Made by a program: the position numbers and the translations under genes. A stretch of DNA of 62,570 nucleotides, counting the filler, from Circinaria calcarea (lineage: Eukaryota): the NCBI GenBank assembly GCA_051942165.1. It is 14 parts of 14 records of this genome, joined end to end, with 100 filler letters (N's around TTAATTAATTAA, not from the genome) between each part and the next. Parts side by side here need not be neighbours in the genome. Positions count along the whole stretch, not along the records: positions 1 to 4,386 come from JAVECS010002345.1; positions 4,487 to 8,871 come from JAVECS010002346.1; positions 8,972 to 13,356 come from JAVECS010002347.1; 11 more parts are not named here. The stretch is one strand, 5' to 3'. This document shows, piece after piece, positions 1 to 12,715 of this stretch (position 1 is the stretch's first letter; the number at the start of each line of letters is the position of its first letter). The notes under the pieces are model-generated. The model made no database searches. It was not told the origin of the DNA and saw only the letters and a program-made list of their open reading frames with translations.

Positions 1-31
1 GCTCGGAAGAGGGGGGGGGGCGGGCGTTTAC

Positions 32-276
32 AGCAGATATTAAGGCTTGCGGTCGTGCTGAGCTTTCGGCCTCCGAACTGTAGAGGGGACGAGTGTCAGT
101 CCAGAGTTGTGGGGGAACATATAGGAGGAAGGGAGACCACGGACATTGGCGTCTGTCCAGACGGAAAAGGTCGTAGTGGCTAGAGGGGCAGGGGCGACTG
201 CTGCCTCGGGAGTGGGGGCTCCGAAGGTGGTTGTCGCCAGAGCGGAGACGAGGAAGGCGGTGATGGTGAATTTCAT
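32..276 (-). CDS. Small secreted protein, 5' part (beta/gamma-crystallin-like motif); runs off the window start
   Basis: Signal peptide MKFTITAFLVSALATTTFGAP. Intron 144-78 (GTCCGT...CTGAC...TACAG) splices to give VWTDAN/FGGRKLSTTASLNIC. Next donor GTAAAC at 31. Confidence 0.7.
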
Positions 277-2961
277 GGCTGTGGTGATGAGCTTGGGGTT
301 TCTTTTTGGAAAGGGTGGAGGGTGTGAAGGTTGAAGAATAGAATGTAGTGCTGGTGAGTTTTGCTGAAGTATGAATAAGGAAAATCTCGGGGGTGTAAAG
401 AGGGTTTATATACTTTCTCTGGGAGGAGAGGAGGTCTGGAGATCAGGAACTAAACCCTCTCAAGGTTGAGAAGTCAAAGAAGTTTGAAGGAATTATGCAG
501 TCATCTTAATCAGACTTGGATAGTAATTGAGTGGAGATGAATAATCGGAGTCAAGATCAGCATGTCCTGTTGTCTCAAAGACGAGTTCCACACTCGTTCC
601 CACAGCTCCTGCATACGACAACCAAAGCGTCTGCCGTCGATACTAATGTTTGTATCTTTTGCCTGAACTACACGGACAGAGCTCGTATCGTATTCAATAA
701 AAGCTCAACATCCGAAACTAAAACTGGCGAGAAAATCTAACACAATGATAAAGTCGTATAGAAAACGGAGCAGAATGACCCTACCCATATCAGGTACACC
801 GTACTGCTAACGTATATACTCATATCGATTCTTATAGCAGCTATTAAATTTACAAGGCGAGTGCTCTGCTAAGCTTCCCGGCCGTTCAATTTTCAGGTTA
901 ATCGTGAACTAGGTGCTGAAGTGTACCGAGATTGAATTTCAGAAGCTACGTAGTTCTTCATAGAAAGAAGTCCCTTTTGTCAAGGTGACATTTGGAAGTC
1001 GAGAACCCGGAGAGAAGACTCGTGTTCGATCAAGTGCATGAATCTATACGAGGACGTCAACCACGTGGTAATGATTCGATAGAGTCTCATGATACGTGGT
1101 TTCAAAAGCCGTGTACGTATCTCACCGCTGTGGGCGGCCGAGTAAGCATTGGACCTTAGTGATCTTCGGATTCCGGAGTCATTCCGCTCGGATGCTGACA
1201 GGAATCAATTAGTAAGTATCTCGCTCACCCGGAGGCACGAGTAGATTTGCTAACCCTTTTGTTTCAGCTTCATAGCCAGAGGATCTCGTCAATGTAATTC
1301 CTTAACCTATGCAGGTGCCACAGTCACCCCCAGAGTCAAAACCAGACCAATTCGGCCAAAAAGCATCTTCTCACATAGTCCATCATCTTCACATCCATCC
1401 GGACATGAAGATCCTAGCGGATACTCTCTACAACTTCAGCTTCTGGCTGTCACACACTTTCAGGCTTGGGTCTAATACCACGCCATCCTAATAATTTTTT
1501 TTCCATCTACGCGAATGCCATCATCTTTCCCCTTTGTAGGCCCCACAGAGAAGCAGAGGGTTGTTAAGTCAGAAAACAAAATCTCCATTCCATTTGGTAG
1601 ATAATCGGATTCAGCGGCATCATCAAGTGTAGCAACCACCTGATCTACAAATTGTGACTGGTGCTGTTGGTAGCGCGTTAGCCATGACCTCTCCACTCCC
1701 GTTCGGTCCATACAAGTCGTAAAGTAACATGGCGCCAATTGCTATGGGACTCCATCACATTGATGGCAAGTGTTTCGAAACTAGCGGCTGATGGTAATTT
1801 TCAGGAACGGCAATTATCCATCTCTAAGAATCCTAAGCACTACTACGGTGCCTGTTACTAAGCCCTCACAGCCAGACGACCGGCCGAGCGACTCGGTTCC
1901 ATATTCACTCAGTTTATTCTAATAAACTGCACATGGTTTCCCAAGTCCATGAATAAATAAGACTTAGTCAACTGTATTGCCGCCAAGAAAGAACAGGGCA
2001 GCTTCCTGCAGCCAAGTCTCCAACGGAAAGTATTCCGCGTATGTGCGGACCTTTTCCCGGCGTCCTCTATCCCGAAGATCGTATTAGTAAACCTCTTTGA
2101 TGACTCCCCTTACTGCCGCATCTGAAAAACTTTGGCTTTCAGGTCGGTCTCTGGATTATACAGTAGCACTCTTGGCAGCTAAAACGCTTGTGGCACCTCT
2201 GACCCCAACACTCAAGCTAGCAATCAAAAGAGCAAGGAACTAGGAGCATAACAAAGCCACGTTTCCATATATCTCCACTTTCAACCCACAGAGACATCAT
2301 ACAAACCCATCAAAAAAGCATATAAAATCCCCCCCCCAACCATCCACGCAGTATCCTAACAAATAGCCCAAGTCTCTCGGAACAGTTCCAGTTCTCCAAC
2401 AAGCATCAATTAACATTACTCCTAACCTACGCAGAAGCCGGGAAAACCTGCAGCCAGCAGCCCAAGAGCTCGAAATTCCCCCGCCCCCTTCCTCCATTCT
2501 CACTCTCAAGGGGTTACATCCACACCAACAAAGAGGGGTGTCCGCCATCGTACTGCTTTCCGACAGCTGAGAGACAAATAAATGTATATGGAACTCCTCC
2601 CTTAGTGCCCAGTGGAGAGACGTAGCCCTATTGGGCTGGGACGGTGACGGGGGCAGATGATGCAGTAATCGCAATTTGAAGGATAAATCAGTTATTCTCG
2701 ATTCAACTTGACGTTCTGGAGGTCTGGTGGTACTTAGAGTAGAGTAGATTGCTTCGAGAGGGGAGCTTCACTCGACCCTCTTCGCTTGGAAAACCAACGG
2801 GCCTGCATAAGCACTACAAGGATTCGCGTGTCCATTTGTAGGAATACAAACGGCGCAGGATTTAAAAAGCCCTCGCACACCAGGCCGCTGTGGGAAAGCT
2901 ATTTTGTACAGAGACCACAGCCCCTGCCATTTATGTACTGCAGTCCCCTTGAGAGACAGCA

Positions 2962-4386
2962 TTACGGCCCTTTCGAAGACTCCCCGCCCATCCCTTTCCT
3001 GCAATACGCCCTCACCACATCCACCAGCTTCTTGCGATCTCCCTTGGAATCAAAGACCTGCGCGTGATCCAGTTTCTCAAACCACAACACGTCCAAATCC
3101 TCCCCCGTCCACTGCCGTCCCTTCCACTTGTCATCCCGTGGCTCTTGCTCTGGACCTCGGGTCAGATACTCACCGACGGCCTGCGTGTTGCTAATGAGGT
3201 CTTGACCGCTTAGAGAGACCGTTACGAGACGGCCCTCGATATCCCGTTTCCAGAGAATCTTCTCCGACCAGAAGAAATGGCGAGCGAGGGTGTGTGCGAC
3301 GCCCATGTCCATGGATGCAAAGTAGTAGAGTTGGTGCTCGTTCGCGCGTCGTGGCTTTCGGACGGTGAAGTTGTACGCCACGTCTGGGAGGTGGAGCAGG
3401 AACGAAACAGGATCGATCAGTAACACCGGACCGATTCTTTCCGCCGTATCTTTGTTCCGCAGAAGTTGTGTGGATATGACGCTGCCGTAGGAATGTGATA
3501 CCAGGACGAATTTGCCCCAACCATGTTTCTTGAGGATTTTGAGAATGTCCGAGCACATTTCCTCCTTGCCGATTGCTGCGGTGGTGATGCGGAAACTTAT
3601 TGGCATAACCTCCATTGCGATTATACCAACCTCGCCATCTGCATCGTCCTGCCTGTTCGCGTGAGTTAGTTCCGCCAAGAAGTTCACGTAGGGGTAGAGT
3701 CCGATCCCGATGCCATGGATAAATAAAACCGGAAGTCTAGACTTTGAGGTATGCGGTCTATGCCAGTATGTCAATGTCCTCGAAGGTGTTTTCTTGGTAC
3801 TGAACAACGTGATTGGACGAAAGGGAAATACGGTGAAGAAGTGACTGAGACGAAGGCGGTGGAAGTGGAATGAGTGAAGTAGCATGTAAACAAATGTGAT
3901 TGTATCAACAACCGCGACGCACTGTACAACCAGTTAGTCGATCATGAGCGTTCGGACGCTAGGAATAGTGTATCGAGTTGCCTGGAGATAACTCACCAAG
4001 TACCATGTCAAGCTCCGATGAAGCATAGTGAACTTATCTAATGTAAGCCTCAAGGGAACAGCAGATCCCCTCCCGGGCTCAAATCTTCTCGCCAACATCC
4101 CTTCCAGTTCGTTGACGTATCCTTCTAGTTCCTCGTCTTCACTAGGACTCCAGGTGTCTCTATTCATAAAAGCCCAGCAGAAGAATTCTTTAACATTATC
4201 ACGTTTGATCTCCGCCATAGGTGCCATCTTGAACCACCTGTGTACATAGATTTCCGGGTCGGGAATGGTTTCATGGCACCAGTCGAAAAGCTTCTTGCGC
4301 TCGTCACGAGGAGGCGTGGGAGGATGAGTGGCCGGGCGCTGAAGGATGTACTTCCGGGGCAGGTATACCAAAGTATAAAACATGGC
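2962..4386 (-). CDS. Alpha/beta-hydrolase-fold protein, conserved fungal family (5' truncated)
   Basis: ORFs 3934-4383 and 2962-3885 are joined by intron 3996-3922 (GTGAGT...CAG). Motifs PVLFIHGIGIG, nucleophile elbow SHSYG, LLIDP and C-terminal LDHAQVF. Confidence 0.85.
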
Positions 4387-4486
4387 NNNNNNNNNNNNNN
4401 NNNNNNNNNNNNNNNNNNNNNNNNNNNNNNTTAATTAATTAANNNNNNNNNNNNNNNNNNNNNNNNNNNNNNNNNNNNNNNNNNNN
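4387..4486. other. Artificial contig-joining spacer N44-TTAATTAATTAA-N44 (first of 13)
   Basis: Identical 100-nt spacers at 4387, 8872, 13357, 17839, 22321, 26802, 31283, 35759, 40234, 44707, 49176, 53642 and 58107. The 12-mer has stops in all six frames, and genes are cut at the spacers. Confidence 0.99.
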
Positions 4487-4967
4487 GGGTTGATTTGGGG
4501 TTTGGGGTTTGGGATTTGGGTGTTGTGATTACCATGGCGTTTGTGGATAGGGAAAAAAATCTAGATCCCGTGGGGTATATGTGTATGTGTATAAAAGAAA
4601 GGAATCACGCCTTCGGGTTGGGGGGAATTGTTGTCGTTGCAGCTAATTCTGGTATTCCCTACCATGGATTTTGGGGGGAAGAGGGTGGGACTGGGATTGG
4701 GACTGTGAAGAAGGGGATTGAGCAGTTGTGATATTCTCGGGAGGTGTCATTTTTTTCATCGGTTCCCTGAGATAGGAGCTGCTAGGGTGCATCATTTGAA
4801 TTTGAAATTTTAAATAGGGGTTGGGTTTTGAAAGCTTCACGTTAGAGGAGAAAGGTATCTTGTCAGGCTTGGTTTACCCTTTACGGTGATTAAGATGTTT
4901 AAAAGATCCGAGGTTCAGTCATCCGACGTGGCAGAGCTTTCAGTAGTAACTGAGACCGTACTTCCCA

Positions 4968-6596
4968 TCATGACATGTCGATTCTAAAGAAAAATGTCAG
5001 CTCGGCGGTATCCTCTCTACCCGACAAAGATTGAAAAACTCACATCATCGCCCCCTGCCCTGGCTCACTGACCACCACCGCCTCCTCCAGTTTCTCCTTG
5101 GTGATATCTGGAAATTTCACCCGATAATACTTCTCCTCCCACGCTCTCCGCACATCATCGACTTTATTTTTCGGCACGAGATGAACCGTGCATCCGCCCC
5201 ATCCCGCACCCGTCAGTCGACTCCCATACGAGCCTGCTTCTCGCGCGATCTTGCAAAGCTCGTCTAATTCCGGACAACTGCAATCGTAGATATCTCTGCA
5301 GGAGTCTTGAGTTTCATTCATGAGGGTGCCGAGGCCTTGTAGGAGGGCGATTCCCTGATCAGGGATCGATGATGGGGGCGATTGGAGGAGAGTTTTGAAT
5401 TTGGAGACGCGGATTGCTTCCGTGAACACGTGGAGGGCTCGCTGGCGAAGGCGGAAGTGGGAGGCACGAATGGGGAATTTGGTCATGTAGCGTTTTTCGA
5501 GGGCGGGAATAGTGGTTTTAAGGGTTTGAGCGATAGATTCCCGGGTGTAGGAGTCGGAGGGAAGTTTTTCTTTGGCTAGGGAGACCATTTCTTCTAACCT
5601 GTCGATTTCAAGAGTCTCGGTGTCGTGGTGTGAGGGTGCGGAGGGGTTGTTGTAGTAGGCGTTTTGTAAGCCGCGGAGGCTACGTCCTAGAGGCGCAGAG
5701 TCATCTTCCAGCTTCAGGCCTAATTGTGCAGCGATGAATTCAGCAGCGAGTGTGCACTCCACTACTCGGAGGTTGTAACATTCCGGAGCTGTGACGTGTT
5801 TATCTGCAGCGACGAAGCTCTGGGCGATCATGAAGGTGATAGGTGGGTCAGTCTTAGGGAATGCAATGGCTTCGGCGTGAAGTTGGGGAGAGAAGGAGAC
5901 GCTGAGGGCGTCACCACGGATGGAGAATACGGAGGCGGCTTGATCCATACCACCAGAATTTACCCCAACGGACCGTTCAGAGACTATAGCGAGCTCGACT
6001 AGTTCTTTCTTGCTAATCTCTTCTTCGCCGTTGGCACGAAGGACGGCGAGGGCGCTGGCACAAACGAATGCAGCGCTGCTGGAGAGACCTCCTCCAGCCG
6101 GGACACTACCATCAACGAGAATTTTCATGCTGCGCGGGACAAAGTCCTGTCTTTTCTGCCGTAGTAGACCCATTGCTCCGTGGAGGCCAGCCTTGAAGTA
6201 GTTGGTCCAGATGTGCGCGGATGCGTCAATCTCGACATCACCACCTGCGGGAAAGCCGAACTCATCGGCCTTGAACTTATCGCCTTCAATGTTTGCTATT
6301 GAAAAGTTGACCGTGTCTTTGGAGGGATCCTTTGAAGTAGAGACGGCAATGATGACATCTGCTGCTATTGCCATGGGTAGAACCTCATATAGTGAATAAT
6401 CAATGTGCTCCCCAATGAGATTGACCCGGCCAGGGCTTCGAGCAACAAAGTCTGGAGAATCGCCATCATATAGTCCGTTGAACCTTTTTCTTAATTGATC
6501 CCATCGCTTTTTCTGAGAGGGTAGAGCCTCAGGTGTATACAATGCATCAATCTGCTTAGCTGTGGGGACTGGTTCATCCATTGTACTGCGTGACAT
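4968..6596 (-). CDS. GAL1: Galactokinase
   Basis: GHMP-kinase motifs SPGRVNLIGEHIDY, GGGLSSSAA, GGMDQ and GSRLTGAGWGG. A probable last intron 5043-4984 (GTGAGT...CTGAC...TTTAG) adds IIDMS*. Confidence 0.97.
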
Positions 6597-6952
6597 TGGT
6601 GGCGCAAACTTTCGATGGATGTTCTACATACCATTCCGCGAGAAGATGACGTAACAGGTAATCTCTACAGCTCAGCTGCAATACCTAATGTTCTACTATA
6701 GGTTAGATGGAATAAGTGAGGTATGATAAGGTGTACAACGACGCAGTGGCATCGATACCAACGAGTTAAATGATACGTGATAGATACCAATTCAACGACC
6801 TCGTTTGATTAGGGTTCGGATGGGCAGGTGCAGCCGAGATCACCCCGCAAAAAACAGGGCTTTGTGACTGGCTCGACTGGTTACGTCTGCCGTGCCCGAT
6901 GTCGGAAAAACGATTTCGCCAAATTCCCGTTTCCTCGTTTTGCTCTCGTGCT

Positions 6953-6959
6953 TGACTCA
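6953..6959. promoter_or_regulatory. Candidate Gcn4/CpcA (cross-pathway control) site TGACTCA
   Basis: Perfect TGACTCA about 35 bp upstream of the ILV2 ATG, in the 397-bp divergent GAL1-ILV2 intergenic region. Amino-acid biosynthesis genes are classic targets, but a single 7-mer can occur by chance. Confidence 0.45.
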
Positions 6960-6993
6960 CCGTTGATGATTTACTTGTTACACCAACCACAAA

Positions 6994-8871
6994 ATGTTCA
7001 GGTCGCAACCTACTCAAAATACCTTGCGGATTGCGCAACGGCGCCAGTCAATATGTTTATCCCGAGTCCAACGCCTCTCCTCAACTCCACCAGCCCCGGC
7101 AATCTCACCCCATCGGGGCCCTACTCCCAAACCGACAAAGGAAGTGGTGAAGAGAGGGCAGAGCACTGCTGCTGCAACAGCGCCGTATGTGTCATTCTAA
7201 CGGACTTTGAAGGCCTCGAAACACTGACCCCGCCTGTCCAGTCAATCGAGACCAGTGCCCAGTCCGGCATTCAACAGAGAGTCCAGGCGAAATGAGGTCC
7301 ATCCATTGCAGAATGTTCGCCAACAGGAAATGGATGACTCGTACGTGCATCACGTTCGCAAGTCAGTTCGAGGCTGATGCATTGCTGTAGGTTTGTCGGA
7401 CTCAGTGGGGGGGAAATCTTTCACGAGATGATGCTTCGTCAAGGGGTCAAGCATATTTGTTGGCTTTCTACTGACCTCTTTACCAGGCAAAGTCAGCTGC
7501 GCTAACCCATTGTATAGTCGGTTACCCTGGAGGGGCCATCTTACCTGTTTTTGATGCCATCTACAATTCAAAACACTTCGACTTCATTCTCCCAAGACAT
7601 GAACAGGGCGCCGGGCATATGGCACAAGGATATGCCAGGGCTTCGGGGAAGCCAGGCGTTGTACTTGTCACGTCGGGGCCGGGAGCAACCAACGTGGTGA
7701 CGCCGTTGCAAGACGCACTTTCGGATGGGACACCGCTCGTGGTCTTCTGTGGTCAGGTACCGACAAGTGCCATTGGAACGGATGCGTTCCAAGAAGCAGA
7801 TATTATAGGCATATCAAGAGCATGTACAAAGTGGAATGTCATGGTAAAGAATGTGGCGGAGCTACCTAGACGTATCAAGGAGGCCTTTGAGATTGCGACA
7901 AGTGGCAGGCCGGGGCCGGTTCTGGTGGATCTTCCTAAAGACGTTACTGCTGCGATATTGCGGAATCCGATACCGACCGCCAGCACTTTACCTTCGCATC
8001 CAAGCGCCGCGACTCTAGCAGCTAGGGAGTCGAGTAAGAGACAACTCAATGGCGCCATAAAGCGGGTCGCCGATCTCATCAATATTGCGAAAAAGCCAGT
8101 ACTATATGTTGGTCAAGGATTGATAGCTCTCCCAGAAGGCCCAAAATTATTAAAAGAGCTTGCAGATAAGGCTTCCATACCTGTTACTACCACTCTCCAA
8201 GGCCTAGGGGGCTATGATGAATTAGAAGAAAAGTCCCTTCATATGCTTGGAATGCATGGTTCACCCTACGCCAACATGGCGATGCAAGAAGCAGACTTGA
8301 TCATCGCACTTGGTGCTCGGTTCGATGATCGTGTTACTGGAAACATTGCCAAATTCGCTCCTCAAGCCAAAGCGGCTGCGATGGAGAAGAGGGGTGGGAT
8401 CGTGCACTTTGAGATCATGCCGAAAAACATCAACAAGGTGGTGCAAGCCACAGAGGCCGTGGAGGGAGACGTCGCTACTAGTCTTGCCCTTTTATTGCCC
8501 TATGTAGAGAATAAGATTGAACGGCCAGAGTGGTTCAGCCAAATTAATGACTGGAAGACTCGATTCCCCTTCAACTACGAGAAGGAGACACCGGACGGAT
8601 TGATCAAGCCACAGACTGTCATAGAAAAGTTGAGCAAAATGACAGAAAACATAAAAGATCGTACAATCATCACTACTGGGGTAGGTCAGCACCAAATGTG
8701 GGCAGCGCAGCACTTTCGCTGGCGGTATCCCCGCACAATGATTACGTCTGGTGGACTCGGTACGATGGGTTTCGGACTCCCATCCGCAATAGGCGCCAAG
8801 GTCGCACAGCCCGATGCTCTCGTGGTCGATATCGACGGCGATGCCTCCTTCAACATGACCTTGACCGAGCT
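6994..8871 (+). CDS. ILV2: Acetolactate synthase catalytic subunit, mitochondrial (3' truncated)
   Basis: Arg/Ser-rich targeting peptide from ATG 6994 and three introns. Motifs GGEIFHEMM, GYPGGAILP, RHEQGAGHMA, TSGPGATN, GQHQMW and the TPP-binding IDGDASF. Confidence 0.97.
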
Positions 8872-8975
8872 NNNNNNNNNNNNNNNNNNNNNNNNNNNNN
8901 NNNNNNNNNNNNNNNTTAATTAATTAANNNNNNNNNNNNNNNNNNNNNNNNNNNNNNNNNNNNNNNNNNNNCTAG

Positions 8976-9171
8976 TGTGACCACGTATAAGAAGTATCTG
9001 AGTAAATGGGGCGTGACGAAGAATACTAGAAAGAAATCCGACCTTGTGCCAGAGGAGAATGGGTTCAGGGAAAGCCTCAGTGAGAGAAGCATGGATTGGA
9101 ACTCCTTTCCCACGGAGGTCTTTGAGTCTACTAGTGACCAGAGTTGGGGTGCTTTCGCATCAATAGAGTAG
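8976..9171 (+). CDS. Last exon of a small Clr5-domain gene (5' truncated)
   Basis: After the CTAG acceptor at 8972-8975 the exon reads TTYKKYLSKWGVTKNTRK, the second half of the Clr5 domain (YKxxLxxWGxxKN). Stop at 9169-9171. Confidence 0.65.
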
Positions 9172-11362
9172 AGAGAGTTAGGTAGCGAGAGGTGAGTCCA
9201 TCCGTTGTATTATGTAGATAGCGTCGAAACTTACAGTTACTTACAAGCTTATAACTTTTCATGAACCGTTAAGGCGTTAAAAAGTTCCTTGGATAGCACA
9301 AGCCTGACTTCCGATCGACGTGTTATGGGAAAACGATACTTGCCTCTCCATTAGGGACCCCGGGTTCCCTATCTTAATGACTTGGGCTGATTCGAGGTTA
9401 AGTTACTGGAGCACCTGCTAGGGTCCAGTTCCTTGTTCTCACGTCACAGAATGCCTTTGCATATGGGGGCATACCGCGCATCCTATCAGCAAGCATAGAA
9501 TTGGAGGGTCGTCCTTTACCGTTTCGAAACCGAGTTTTACCTTCTCCGACACCTTCACCGTCGTATAGAAGATCTTAGAGGGTCGATATGTGATGGGGAA
9601 CGCGAGCGAGGCCACAGCATATTCCTTCACAACCACGGATCGCAATACCCATTGATCGAAAGGTTCATACTGATTCCCCAGAGACCTCGGTGGTTAGGCA
9701 ATGGGCGCAGAGTCGACATTTGGCTGATAAGAGGTATTCCTCCATGTCATTTTTGAGTCGCCTGGCAGTTGTTCGCTAGGTATTCTGGCGCGCGGCCGTT
9801 TTTAGAGGATAGACCTGGTGGTTGGTCAGAGACAGCGATTGGCCTTCTGAGTTTCGGGCTTCGAATCTACCATAGAACGCCAGTTAGCAAACTGTCACAG
9901 TATACCAGCTATGATAAACAAAAGGCCAAAACGTTATTTTTCCAGCTCTGTATATAGAATCCGACAAACTTTCTTAAGCTTTGTTATTAACTCACGAAGT
10001 AGTAGCCGCAGAACACTTGCATTCGATAGGCTATCCCGTAACTGAGGAAAACTGACGCTGGCTTATTGGGGCGAATTCTGTAAGAAATGTGTTACCCTAC
10101 TGTGGTCGGATGGGAAATGGTTCATAGCTCGGCGCTAAAGTCAGAATCCATCCTTCCAGAAGAGGTCCCACTAACATTCGAGCAGGGGATGGATTGGCTG
10201 GAGTACAGTTATTCCGCGCCTATATCACATTTTACCTAGCACGACAAAAATCCACCGAAACTTCCCAAATGCGACAAGGCATAACTGCTACGACATAGTT
10301 CAAACGCCCCCCACGGCTTGATTGAATTATTCGAGTGCTAGGATCCTATTCTAGAGGCCTATCCGCACGTTTCATGAAGCTTAATATACTACCGTGTAGA
10401 GCATATTACAGAACAGCTACACACGGTGATTGCTGTAAAAGGTGTACCCGAGGACTTGCCTATGCAGGTACAGCAAGATGTAAAATTAGTCTTGAAGAAG
10501 ACAATTCTGTTTATTATTGCGATGGAGGGTGCAACTCGAGAAAAACTCATACTGTCAATAAGCCTCTGGCCCCCACTGATATGCACAAACTGAGGCTGCT
10601 ACCCAGTTACATAGTTTCGATCTTGAGACAACCCCGCTATCCGGCGACCCAGTTTTCCGGTCCTGAAATGGGCTTACTGGATTGGTTTGTTCCCTAACGT
10701 CGCTTAAAACTCAGCTCCCAGAGCCTGGCTTGCTCTCATACTCTCATACTCTCATGCAATCGCTGCTTTCGCTGGCTTAATCCAGTATACGTTGACAATA
10801 CAGTCATAGGTCCTGTTCGCCGCTTATGGAACCATTGTGGTCCCGTTAGTATAGCGTGGAGGTAAACCGGCTTAATATCACTATCGCGGCACTATCCATA
10901 CTCTTAAAAACTATCTCTTAAGACTGACCTTCGTCGCCTTTTCCTGAAACTTTGGTGCAGACCACGAGCGCCATAGTGCAGTGGAAGAAATAATTAAGAA
11001 CGAGCTATACGGGATCCTTAGCGCGTTTGTCAGATAGATTGTGTCAGCTTGGAGGGGGCCCTGTGGTGTACTATACGAAGAATGACGGCAAGTACGGACC
11101 GTTTCAGATATAGGTATGCTTTGCACTTGGTTTATCACTTGTTTCCAAGCCCCTGTCTTAGCACCTCGCCGTGTTCATTTACATATCCTGCTACGAAGAC
11201 CGTCGACTGTCAGTAATGGGTTAGGGATTTGGGCCTCAATATCTAGCTGGCACTAAGAGAGAGTCACAAGCATTTTGTATATATGCCGTGGGTCAACCGC
11301 CAAAATCGCGACTTGCAGCAACTCGACACCATTACTTCAAGGCATACCAGAGAAAGTGGTTT

Positions 11363-12715
11363 ATGCTAATGCCATCTAGGTCTGCTACTAACATCTTAAG
11401 TGATGATCATGAGTGTACCTTTCCCTCACCGCCTCAATCATCAAACAGAGAAGAGCAGCCAACTATACCAGCAGCATCAAGGAATCAACGTAGATCGACA
11501 CAAAGAATGCGGATCAGCCCTCAAAGTTGGGACGTGATGCGCCCTGCTATACGGAGGCTATACATTACGCAAGGGAAAACGCTTAAGAGTACTATGGAAT
11601 CACTAGAAAAGGAATACGGCTTTAGGGCGTCGTAGGTAAATTACTGTGCAAAAACAAAATCGCATACTAAAAATGTCACTGATAGGGAGAAGAGTTTCAA
11701 AGCTCAATTGAAGAAATGGAACCTGAATAAAAACACAAAGAAAGAGAATAGTGAAAGATACACAAATCCGCGTGAAATCGGAAGACCAGTCGACGTTGAG
11801 TCAAGTAAAGGTTGTAGTAAGGTGTTTCCCTACCTAGACCCGTGTCACTAAATTGCATAAATAGCTGCGAATGAGAATTCTCGACCTCGGGAAGCCGACG
11901 AAGCAAGATATGAGTTATGTTCTGCATTGAACCCCCCTAGCAGCGAGGCTGTGCAGAGTCTCCCAAAGTGGATAGGTTTAACTTGGCAGGGCCATGACAA
12001 AAGTTCCCTGGATCTCATGTTTAATAATGGAATGGATCTGGAAAACAGCGGCGATTATGTCAGGGCGGAGGTAACATACCGGCAATGCTACACAGGTTAC
12101 GAACACCTTCTCGGCCCAATCAATCAAAAAACCCTCCAAGCCATCCGTTGCATCGATCAGATATGCCGCAAATTGGAAAAGCCAAAAAAAGCCGAAGCTC
12201 TTTTGGTAAAAACCATAACTCTATGCAACGACAAGTTCGGCCAAATGCACGGCAAGAGCTTGGAGCTTATGGAGATTTACGCCGTCAACCTGCAAGCGCA
12301 GAAGCGTTTTGCCGATAGCGAGGTCGTGTTGAGTCAGGTGTTGGAAAGATACGAGACCCTTTACAAGTCGACGCCAATGGAGCAGTTCGAAAAGTGCAAG
12401 GGGCCGGTATTGCTTCTGGCGACCGCCCATTTGAAACAAGACGCAGGCGCTTTGGCTGTGGAGCTGTTACAAGACACCTTGACCAGAGCAAGCGTGACGG
12501 TCCTCGCACAGGAGAATGAAAAGCTGATGCAAATGCGAAATAACTTGGTGAGATTGTATGTTCGAAGAGACGGCACCGCTGAAATCGGCTCACTAGAGGA
12601 CCTGAGACTTTTTGAGAGCTGGCATGGCGACCATGAGATTATTAGCAGGGTAGAATTAGCCCTAGGATCAACTTCCAATGGCAAATTTCTAGAATCAATT
12701 TCCAAAGCCAGATAG
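11363..12715 (+). CDS. Clr5-domain plus TPR-like helical repeat protein (start uncertain)
   Basis: Exon SWDVMRPAIRRLYITQGKTLKSTMESLEKEYGFRAS, an intron ending at 11685, then EKSFKAQLKKWNLNKN completes the Clr5 domain. A second phase-1 intron joins ORF 11927-12715, which has kinesin-light-chain-type TPR motifs (AEVTYRQCYTGYEHLLGP, AEALL, FGQMHGKSL). Confidence 0.8.

Noticed and set aside
860..2700. Short ORFs (1472-1738, 2297-2674) and an isolated intron-like stretch near 1212-1267
   Set aside because: No frame can be extended without stops and no family motif is visible; at most decayed relics.
4495..4840. Short ORFs downstream of GAL1
   Set aside because: Low-complexity sequence at a contig end with no coding signal.
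9400..10900. Short ORFs and possible transposon-end fragments between the two Clr5 genes
   Set aside because: No paired inverted ends, target duplication or recognisable protein motif found by eye.
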